The notes below the pieces were generated by a model. The model was not told the DNA's origin, did not search any database, and saw nothing but the letters and a program-made list of their open reading frames with translations. Positions 53,808 through 64,000 of a DNA stretch of 64,000 bases are shown piece by piece. Each line of letters begins with the position of its first letter. Position 1 is the stretch's first letter. Both the position numbers and the translations under genes were made by a program. The stretch lies in the NCBI GenBank assembly GCA_951406725.2, contig OX597818.1:118048001-118112000 (forward strand), read 5' to 3'. The stretch comes from Octopus vulgaris (lineage: Eukaryota).

Positions 53808-53845
<38 letters not shown>

Positions 53846-53890
53846 CACACATATATATACATATATATACATATATATATATATATATTT

Positions 53891-53924
<34 letters not shown>

Positions 53925-53930
53925 ATTATT

Positions 53931-54116
53931 CTTTTATTCTTTTGTTTGTTTCAGTCACTTGACTACCGCCATGCTGGAGCACCGCCTTTAGTCGAACAAT
54001 TCGACTCCACCGCTTATTCTATCGGCCTCTGTTGCCGAAATTCTACTTTATGAATATGTGAACACACCTACGTCGGTTGTGAACGATGGTGGGTGGACAA
54101 CACAGACACACAAATT

Positions 54117-54148
<32 letters not shown>

Positions 54149-54341
54149 GTTGAAATTTACAAAAAAACAAACAAAAAACAAAAGACGAAGACGGGTGTGT
54201 AAACAACCAACAGGTGTATTAGTTTCTAAAGCTCGGGAATTTGAGAAAGTCTTTTACGTTTCGAGCCTAGGCTCTTCAACGGAAAGGAACACGAGAAGAT
54301 AAACAGAGTGTAAAAAAAAAAGTGTTAGTGGCTAACGATAA

Positions 54342-54383
<42 letters not shown>

Positions 54384-54592
54384 CATGTATGTATGTATGT
54401 ATGTATATATACGACGAGCTTCTTTCGGTTTCCGTCTACCAAATCCACTTGCAAGGCTTTGGTCGGCCTGAGGCTATAGTAGAAGTCACTTGCCCAAGGT
54501 GACCCGCAGTGGGACTTAACCAGGAACCATGTGATTGGTAAGCAAGCTACTTACTACACAGCCAATCCTGCTCCTCCACATAGCCACTCCTG
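53931..54592 (-). mobile_element. SINE family B with a PLE pLTR fragment (about 54145-54345) inserted in its internal microsatellite
   Basis: Halves are colinear with the reverse complement of 36372-36800; the insert matches 50855-51000 and 12760-12880. Confidence 0.82.
54251..54286 (-). ncRNA. Hammerhead-like motif (A6U family)
   Basis: Minus strand reads cttt CCGTTGA a gagc-ctag-gctc GAAA cgta aaag. Confidence 0.55.
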
Positions 54593-55149
54593 TGCTTGGA
54601 AACAATAAAACAAAAATGATAGTGTTCAGTTTTTGGTTCAGTATGCTGGCCACAGGAACTTCTGTGCAGAAAAGTTGTACATCACCTCTCTCTTTCTCTC
54701 AATACCCACTTACTCTCCCTCCTCTCTCTATCTACTATTATGTCTCGTATTGCCAGCATCAGCAGTACTACATTTAATAAAACATCATGAACTCTCCTGA
54801 AATTTGTGTGGCTCTCTTTCTCTCTCCCTCTTTTCTGTTTTCTTTCTTTCTTTATCTCTCTCTCAATCCTTTTGCGTATATATGTGTGTGTGTGTGTATG
54901 TGTGAGTGTGTGTGTGAGTGTGTGTGTTTGCGTCTTCACCACCGCCATCATCGTCTTTATGCTTAATATTACTCTGAATCCCAGCACCACGAAGTGTCAA
55001 AGAATAGTGAGAGAAGTGGGCCAAAATCTGACACACTGACTCACAGAAATCAGTTTTCGCATTTATTATATTAGATGTTTAATTATGGAGAAACCGTATT
55101 TCAATTAAAGTGTATTATAAATATATATATATTTGTGTGAGAGTGTATT

Positions 55150-55187
<38 letters not shown>

Positions 55188-55517
55188 CATATCCCCGTGA
55201 ACGAACAATTTGTTGAAACCCCTTTTCATCATCAGGAGGGTGTTATTGCCGAGATGATCCTTAACTCCTAATCGAACCACTGCAGTGAAATCTCGGAAAG
55301 GCCATTCATGTATTTGACTGGATTTTGTGGAACTCTCTTACGCTCCTGGACTGCAAACTACCATGGTTTTTATGAAAGGAATTTTTTCGACATAGTTTTT
55401 GTTTGAAGGAAGGAAACACATTTTTTTTAGTCCATTGATATTTTATTTTATTTTATTTAGATTTTTAGGCGATTGTATATGACTTCTTGATAGGCCGTTT
55501 TATATATCTGTATTTTT

Positions 55518-55861
55518 ACTTGCTTAGCAGACTTTTACGGATTCCATAGACAGCGAGGCTCACCAATGGAGAAGTTCTTAAGCAGATCAGGCCGAAACTG
55601 TCGCTGGATGCTAGGATCACCAAGCATAGATTGTCATATTTTGGACATATTATGCGGAGAAAATCCCTGGAGAAGGACATCATGCTCGGAATGGTCAATG
55701 GCAAGAGAGGAAGAGGCCGACCAAGAACCCGCTGGCTTGACACCATCATGAGTGATACCGGAATGGACATAGCTAATCTGAAAGAAGCGGCCCAGGATAG
55801 AACTGACTGGAGGACACTGATCCATTGAGTAACCGAGAGTCGACTTCGACTGAGCGGATAG
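55518..55861 (+). mobile_element. RTE (BovB-like) LINE 3' fragment
   Basis: RLLRIP*TAR.TN.EVL..LSYFGHIMRRKSLEKDIMLG.V.GKR.RGRPRTRWLD..AAQDR..WR. Confidence 0.9.
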
Positions 55862-55970
55862 ATATGTTTCTTTATTAGCCACACAGGGCTGCACACAGAC
55901 AGAACAAATTACAAGGTAGAGCTTTTCTTTTGGGGGTAAAAAAAAAAGGGGGTTGGTTTTCGATCAAAAG
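55862..55970 (-). mobile_element. Extreme 3' end of the GATA-associated LINE
   Basis: Matches 34941-35048; GATA repeats on both sides. Confidence 0.7.
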
Positions 55971-56245
55971 ATAGATAGATAGATTGATAGATGTATTCTT
56001 TTTATATGTTAAAGCCATGGTAATATTTGTATATGATCAAATATTTAGAAGCGTGGTGTTATATAAAGTCGTTCACTCGAATTTAATGTTTGTTCTCTGA
56101 TCAATGTTTATATATATGCGTGTGTGTTTGTTTGTATGTATGTACGCATTAAAGAAAGCAAAACATTAAAACAAAAGATAGCGTCTAGTATTCTGTTTAG
56201 TATGCGGGACACAGGAATTTCTCCTCAAGAAAGTTGTAGATCATC

Positions 56246-56292
<47 letters not shown>

Positions 56293-56386
56293 ATTACTAC
56301 CATTGCCACCATCAACACTACTACTTTTAATAAAATATCATGAACGCTCCTTAAATTTCTTTGTTTCTGTTTTCCTCTCTTTCTCT

Positions 56387-56422
<36 letters not shown>

Positions 56423-56618
56423 ATATATATATATCTATCTATCTATCTATCTCTTCGCCATCGCCTTCACCATCTCTGTGCCTACTATAACCCCCACCTC
56501 AGCACGAAGAAGTGTCATCTCATTGAATAGCGAGAGAGAGGGAGTCGAAGTGTGACACGCTGACACACATACACATATATATATAGATATAAATATATAT
56601 TCACACATATATATGTAC

Positions 56619-56652
<34 letters not shown>

Positions 56653-56665
56653 GCTACACATATAT

Positions 56666-56714
<49 letters not shown>

Positions 56715-57641
56715 TAAATAAATAGATAGACATATATACGTATATGATTACGTAGGAGAGATTGCAATTGAGTCAGTGAGTGAAAGTGTAACACATATGG
56801 CATCACCTATTGATTTTGAACAAGTGTAAGAATACAGATAATTTTCGTAGACATGATTATGTAGGTGTGCTGTATCCAATGACGCATAAAGTCAGAAGCA
56901 TAGACACGCATACACACAGGCACACATGCACGCACACAGATTTATAGCATCTTGCAGATGTAATTCTCTTATCTGGCACATTGATTCCCGTGAGTATGAT
57001 CTAAATCCTCAGATATCTGAAGATTATTTGATATGTGACCTGCATGAAAAATGAATAATAAACTCGGCTTTCTTTCTTCTTTACTTCTACCTCAGCATTT
57101 ATGCATCGCCACCAGCGCATGTGTCTTTGCATTTCATAACACGTAGTTTCCTTTTTGCCCTAGAACAGACCTTTATAATTTAGTTATTGAGAACTTCGAG
57201 TTGTGATGCACTCACTTAATCTCAAAAGGAATTTCTGATGGAACTAAAGGGGGTTATTTTTAGCAAAAGAACCAAATTTCTGTATCGGGAATTTTGGTTA
57301 AGAAATTTCCCTTCTTCATCGATGGCGATTATACTATATTTAAGCCCTAAGATGGGATACAAGAGTGAAAGAGATGTTGAACTGGATCAAAATTTAGGTG
57401 ATCGAGAAAATGTTCCCTCTTACAGCGATTTTTCCCTTTCATTTCCGGCGCTATAACATAAGGAGCAGTCGAGCACTGTTCCAGCATGAGATACAACACT
57501 TTCCCTTTAATTTAACCCCAAAAGCTGTCTGGCAGGATTAAGTGCGTTCCGTAATGAAATGACTATTACATTCTATTGTCAGAGATCTCATCTACGTTGC
57601 GATAAAATAGCCAAATATAAATACAAACATACGCACACGCA

Positions 57642-57685
<44 letters not shown>

Positions 57686-57690
57686 GTATG

Positions 57691-57725
<35 letters not shown>

Positions 57726-59079
57726 TTGTATTTGTAAATATAATATGTGACAATTATTCGGTACCCATGATTGAACTCCGTGTTTCGGATGTCGGGGCGG
57801 AAACCCACGCCGCCATCTCTTCAGTTATCCACCTTTTTTTTCTTTCAATGGCCGGATACACTTGCTTGTTGTTCCTATACCTGTCTTCGTATTTGCTTTT
57901 CTACGAATTTGAACTATAGGGAGAGGGTGAGAGAGAGAGAGAAAGATAAACAGAATGATAAATAGATAGATAGACAGATAGATAGACAGACAGATAAATA
58001 GACACATATAGATATATAGATGTGTGTGTATGTGTGTGTAAAGCTATATGTGTAAATATATGCATATTTTATGTATATGTATAGTTGTCTGACTGCATTT
58101 GTTCATAGATTTTGAGCCAAATGGCCGACTCTACCCGGTGTCCTGCAAGTTGAAATATCTAGATTTTAACAAAACCTACCCACCCACAAATGTGTGAGCG
58201 CGCGTGTATGTATGCGTGTATGCACATATACATACACACACATATATATATATATGCTTATTAATATCATTATTACACTTATCTTCATTTATATTTTTAC
58301 TCATGTGTTTCCCTCTCTCGCACGCGACACCTGTTATTAGTTATAGTAAGGAATAAAATGAGAATAAAACGGGAATTGTAAAAGAAAGGCGCCATTTTCT
58401 TAGTGAATAACCATCTCGGCTCATCTGTCAGACGTCAGTTTCTGCAGGGAACAAACACAAGTGAAGAATGTTAAAATTCTAGGTCGAGCATTCTTCGGAA
58501 TTTAACTGTCGACTTCGCTGGTGCTATGGAGACAAGACATGAAAGGGAGTAAGAGAGGAAGATGAAGAAAGAGAAAGAGTGAGTGGCAGAGAGACTGATA
58601 TGGTGAACGTGGAAAAAGAGATACAAATATGTGTAGAGAGAGATGCAAATAATGAAAGAAATTTTGTGTTCGTACGTAGTAGAACTTCATAGAAAATTTC
58701 GTAAGAGAAACCGAGTGGAAAAAAAAAAAGAAAATTTGAGGAATGGTGTTTGGCATATGAATCGCAAAATGGGAGGTGTTAAAGACTAAAAAAGAAGTAA
58801 AAAAACACAAAGGAGGTAAAAATACAACGATGAAATATTCATATAGTTAAACTGGGATATATTAAATATCTTTATCCTTTCCAACGTCCGTTTGCTGCTT
58901 AGTTTTAAAATTTTCAATTGTGTGATGAACGAAAAGCATATGGGCTTTTTTTTCTGGTTTGAAATTTCAAATATTTTGCAGCTTACATGTATAATCTTTT
59001 TCTTAATTAAAAAGTATTAACGAATGCCATCCATGTATAATAAAACGATTAATCTTGTCAAAGCAATATTTCAAATATA

Positions 59080-59221
59080 TGTGACACTCCGTCGGTTGCG
59101 ACGACGAGGGTTCTAGTTGATCCGATCAACGGAACAGCCTGCTCGTGAAATTAACGGGCAAGTGGCTGAGCACTCCGCAGACATTCGTACACTTAATGTA
59201 GTCCTCGGGGGAGATTCAGCT
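59080..59221 (-). mobile_element. SINE family C 3' part
   Basis: cctgctcgtgaaattaacg..caagtggctgag block shared with 9228. Confidence 0.75.
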
Positions 59222-61372
59222 CGTTAATGGCAATATTCTGATAACAAATATCTTTTGATATTTACCTCTCCCAGCAAATCTCCCCATGCTGTGAGTTCAG
59301 TTTGCTACATTGTGACTGATTTTGGATTAACATCATGATATGAGAAACCCTAAGCAGTGTAAGGCATTCAATAATCTACGAGTGTGGGACCGTGTTATGT
59401 GCTCTCCTGCAGTCCTTCCATGCCATCGCCAAATTTTTGTGTCGCTTCTTGCAACCAGCCAGGAGAGTCCTTTCGATTAGTACTTCATTCTTCCTTCCTC
59501 TGCTCTTACGCCCATACCATATTTGTTCCCCTGGTAGTAGGTCGTTCTCAGGTACTTAAAGATGCTGTTTTATATGACGCCCATCGTCAGTTTCCATATC
59601 AGTGGCAAACAAGATATTGTGATAACAAATATCTTTTGATATGTACCTCTCCCAGCTTACCTCCCCATGCTGTGAGTTCAGTTTGCTACATTGTGAAACC
59701 GAATTCCCTTTACTTGGGTCCCTCTGGCATAGTACCGTTCTTCCTTTTGTCATCCTGGCCGGTAACTTGGATGTCACTACTCAGTATTTCTTCCATCTGT
59801 TTTGCATTTCTCTTGCGCAGAGCCGTCAAGCTGTTAAGCCAAAAGCCCTGAACCCCATCTGGGGCAAGCGCTTTCCAGTTCGGAATTTTCCTGCCCTGAT
59901 CTCTAATAATATCTTCGGTTATTCACTAATCTTCCTGCTGATACTCTTCACTCTCCTCTTTGACTGCTTTCACCACTCCGCTTCAGTTTTGTGCTGTTTT
60001 TCCTGAGATCATGTGTTTGACCAGAATATTTTGCTCTCTTCAGTATCATATTTTTCTTTTCCATCCAGTTCTGATAGACTTGTTTCTGATCTTGTTCGAA
60101 AAGTCTATTTAATCTATATTGCTCAATTCTCTGTTCATATCTCTTTACTTTATGTGCTTTACCTATCAGCCTCTGTTTTATTTCCTCAATCACAACATTG
60201 ATTCCCTTTCTCTTCACCCTATATTTCCTCTCTAGCTCAACATATTTTTCTCGCTGAACTTCATTTTTCTTTTTCCGTTCCAGAATATTAATATGCTTTC
60301 TGGTCTCGTTAATAGACTGCGTTATTCTCCTTTTCAACCATGGTTCCTTCATTGTTGACATTTACCTTTAGATTTCAAACCTAACGTCCTGGTTATAAAG
60401 ATCGATATTGCATTTATCAGATTGTTGGTGTCTGTGATGTTGTCAGTTCTGGTATCACTAGTGATATCATTTATCTTCTTCACACATTCATTGAGTCTAC
60501 TTTATTAAACACCGTATGAAAGCTCTGTTCAAATATCAATGATTTCATTTAAAATGGATAACTGTTCCTCGGTTCTCTCATTGCTTTCCTGATCAACAGC
60601 CTTAGCCTCATGCTCGTTTCCTTCCTTTCACTCCACTGCCATAGTTTTACTATCTGTGTTCTCTTTCTCATCCTTCTGTTCATCGCTGGTCTTACTATCC
60701 CTATGCACCCGTCTCTTAATGCTTTCTATTTCAACTGGAAATAACCGTTCATTCATGCTGATGGCTGTAGCTTGGTCACACAGATTTTGTTTACTTAATT
60801 CAAATAGGCCTCTGTCGCTCCATGCCCTGTGCATTCGTTTCGTATATTCTCCAGCGAGTATTTCATTGTTATATCTCGGATTACTCAGAAAGTAGCTCTC
60901 CACTATACAGCCACATTCATTTCTTTCGTCCACATTCTTTTAGCAGATGCTTGATGAGGACTGGGCACACGGTGCTCAACCGTGGAGCATCGCCGTGCGA
61001 GAGACCTTCAAAAGGTGTTCCAGCCTCATTCATGCCGTTATTCCTATTTTTATTTGATATTTCAGAACTCATTATGAGGGCTAGTGAATTTTATGTTGCA
61101 CAACCACCGGTACTTTTTTTCCCGTGACATCATCACTGACAGGATCTCCACCCTAGCATATAGGATTCCTGTAATCCTGGTATAAGTTTTGATGTTTCCG
61201 TCATCTGAAAGGGGTTTCCAAGCGTTGTGATTGCTTCTGCTTCTTAGGTGTATGCTATGTTGGTGGCTGTTGTCTTGATTTTCTTCCTGTACGGTGTCAA
61301 ACAAGCAAGAAACATACACCCTCCTCGCAGAGCAAGCTCTGCGGGGTTCCCGGTTTAGTGGCCGACGTACCC
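59222..61372 (-). mobile_element. R4/Dong-clade LINE 5' half (5' UTR, N-terminal domain, start of RT), decayed
   Basis: Y..S.P..YTKRM..W..QNLCDQ..I..N..EIE; PWLKRRI..I..R..I..LE; KVKRY..N.LF..DQK..Y; PDGVQGFW; MAW.D..A..VPH. Confidence 0.85.
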
Positions 61373-61379
61373 ATAATCA

Positions 61380-61482
61380 TCATAATTATTATTTTTATTA
61401 TTATTATTATTATTATTATTAGTAGTAGTAGTAGTAGTAGTAGTTGTAGTAGTGTAGTAGTGGTGTAGTAGTGGTGGTGGTG

Positions 61483-61545
<63 letters not shown>

Positions 61546-61546
61546 T
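61380..61546. repeat. (ATT)n-(AGT)n-(GGT)n compound microsatellite
   Basis: Direct reading. Confidence 0.95.
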
Positions 61547-62250
61547 AGACGTCGCACAGAATACAATATTGTGAGGTTGTTGATTGAAGATATTGTTTGT
61601 CAAGTCACAACAAGGACCTCAGGCAGACAGTACTTTACGCAATATGCGTGCAGTACCAATTAATGCCGACTTTTGCGAGACATCTAGACTATAGGGTATT
61701 TCTAAGGCTTTCAGATATTCTTGAGATTGGGTGATATTGAACTCAAGGGTCCAATGACAATAGGGATAACCTTTATATTTGACTCTCGTAGCTGCCATAT
61801 CTTAGCGATCCCAATTTTCAGGTTTCTATATTTATCAACTGTTTATCTTTTTTTCATGATCATATATTGATCTCTTGCCACTGCCAAGTCAAAAATTAAG
61901 CCCTCTTGTTTGACCCTTCTAAAGGTTACTATATCCAGCCTTTGGTGCTCTACTTTGTCTGTCTGCAAATGAAAGTCCCAGAAGATTTTTGCTTCCCCGT
62001 TTTATCCATTAGTTATTCCTGGCTTATTTGGTAGCAAATACTCGTAACCTAATATCCATACTTACTGTGCTACCTCGTCGTGTTTATGCTTGCACACCTG
62101 CGCAGGACTTTCACAAGCACTAACAATGTGAGTCATACTTTCATCCCTCTTCCCACACATTCTGCAGAGGTCTGTTGTCCTTGTGTGGTATATTTTGATT
62201 TTCAATGAGTTGGTATTCAATACCTGGTCAGTATTTTTTACAAGGTCACT
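61547..62250 (-). mobile_element. R4/Dong-clade LINE 3' fragment (CCHC + endonuclease + 3' UTR), decayed
   Basis: Minus strand reads CRMCG..ESMTHIVSAC..HD..IFWDF..TDKV..QRLDIV..QKSALIGTARILRKVLSA*. Confidence 0.85.
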
Positions 62251-63399
62251 CCTGTCGATCCACCTCCAAGATGCTTCCTGGTCTTTTAATTGGTTGGTTT
62301 CATGGTGGAACTGATCGTGTATTTACATATGGATTGGGGTTTCTTCTCTCTCGTTGGCTGTTCTTGATCGGAATTCATGACCACTCTCAAATCCATGTTT
62401 CTTAAATCCTTCTGCAACAACAGCTGAAACTTTCATCTCCGCCACCAACACCACAAATAATACCAATACAATTTAGAGACACCACAGTTTAAAAATGCAA
62501 AATAGCTAACTTCGTTAACGACGTGCTTTAAGAGGAAGTAATTAAATTAAAGCCACAAGAATTGAATAATGCTAAAAGGCTGGATGTAACACCTTCAGAA
62601 ATAACAGCAATAACACCACTAATATTCAAAGCAGTAGCGACAAGTACAACAAGAAATATACCGACATCAAAAGTCATCGCATCTCAACATCCACAACAAC
62701 TACAACCGAAACATCCCCAGAATTCAACTTTATCAACATCAGAAGAATTCCACAAAGCGTCGTAAGACATGAACGTCCCCGACTCACACCACATTGACAG
62801 GTCGTGTGGAGAATGTGACAGTGACGATTCTAAATGGCAAACACTGAGAAAAGGAAACAAAAATATGAAGAGGACAAAACGAGAATATGAATAAATGTAG
62901 GAGGTGCCTTTAAGCAATTATGCTTCAAAACATTTCCCAGCAGCAGCAATAATAGTATTATCAACAACATCATCTGCAACACCAGCAGCACTGCTATCTC
63001 ACAAACACTATCACAAGCAGAAGATCAACAATCAGATCACACATTCCTAAAGATGGAAAATAAAAATTTGAATCATTGATTGCACATCCGTAAGCACAAA
63101 CAACAGAATCCAGTCGCATGACACGCATCCAATTACAAGGACCTCACGCACTAACTACACTACATTGCAAATAGCTTTCAACTGCAAATAACATCCATAC
63201 AAATATCGTAGCACATGTACAATAATTCAAAATATCAATACGCCAAGAAATTTCAGGGGAGATATAAGCATACAAATATATGAATTTCTGCGTGTGGAAA
63301 CCAGCACAAGAAACCAGAGGAGACAAAGGCATGTCTATCCACAGGAATAAGGTAGGTGAACTTTTCTCGCCATTCTACCTCTGTCAGAGCAATCTACGT

Positions 63400-63735
63400 A
63401 AAGGTTTACAGACTTTGGTCGTCTCCGAAGCAGGAATACCTGCGTCAATACAGATCACAAGCAATAGAGGCCGTCAGAAATAGTTGTCGTCATCAAAACC
63501 AGTTTCAGAGGCACACATTTTAACGCCTGTTTCTAGTGGATACGCGATTTGACACTCTCCAAACTTATCGATGTCTTGTGGTGCGGTTACTGTCTTATTT
63601 CGGTGGCGTCTGGATTTGAATATACGTGCGTGCTGGTCCCTTGCTGGATAAAAAACAGGCTGGATTCGGTCAAGGATCTCTGAGCCTGCCGGGTGCAACA
63701 CTGTCACCATCAAGGGCTTCAATTTCATTACCACC
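63400..63735 (-). mobile_element. Decayed RTE-like RT fragment next to (CTT)n at 63752-63823
   Basis: Weak remnants DGDSVAP and A.QD..F..G.K. Confidence 0.3.
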
Positions 63736-64000
63736 ATTATTCACAATACTTATTCTTCTTCTTCTTCTTCTTCTTCTTCTTCTTCTTCTTCTTCTTCTTC
63801 TTCTTCTTCTTCTTCTTCTTCTTCCAATCAGGACTCACGCCATTAGCCACAAAGAATAATCTCTAATTCGAGCATGCTCTAAGCTACTAAGAATGCGTGC
63901 AGCAACTTGAATATCCATCCACCACACGCAATAGACTGGCGGTTGTACGGGCGCGAAAGCTACGTTGTTATCCACATTCCGTAAACGGTGGCTTTTAACG

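Larger units (their letters stand above)
51285..53808 (+). mobile_element. Penelope-like element (Neptune type), 5'-truncated, inserted in (TA)n
   Basis: Starts at (D)KGGAIVIMD directly after (TA)n. The ORF and an about 670-bp 3' pLTR follow, then (TA)n again. Confidence 0.92.

Noticed and set aside
55193-55240. Minus-strand CTGATGA followed by a tgaaa/tttca hairpin
   Set aside because: It is followed by ACAAA rather than GAAA and has no stem III; at best a dead relic.
62400-63400. A/C-rich stretch that might be a LINE ORF1 relic
   Set aside because: Many stops and no motif I can identify with confidence.

Overview
AT-rich, microsatellite-saturated animal DNA with no host gene I can support. 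The SINE families and repeat landscape look cephalopod (Octopus-like); this is inference. The window is almost entirely transposon material. It holds one Penelope-like element (PLE, Neptune-type) with an uninterrupted RT + GIY-YIG ORF (51.3-53.1 kb), plus many decayed PLE pieces. R4/Dong-type site-specific LINEs are piled into (AAT)n arrays, and L1/Tx1 pieces are tied to (GATA)n. There is also a complete mariner, Tc1, Tigger, Helitron, CR1 and RTE relics, and three tRNA-derived SINE families. The most interesting signal is non-coding: at least seven type-I hammerhead-ribozyme-like motifs in about five unrelated repeat families. These include a canonical core inside a 516-bp terminally redundant unit (retrozyme-like), a G3-C8 swapped core, a family-wide A6U core, a U4C core behind the intact PLE, and a hammerhead fused to a tRNA-derived head. 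All calls were read by eye; boundaries of decayed elements are approximate and no ribozyme activity is demonstrated.
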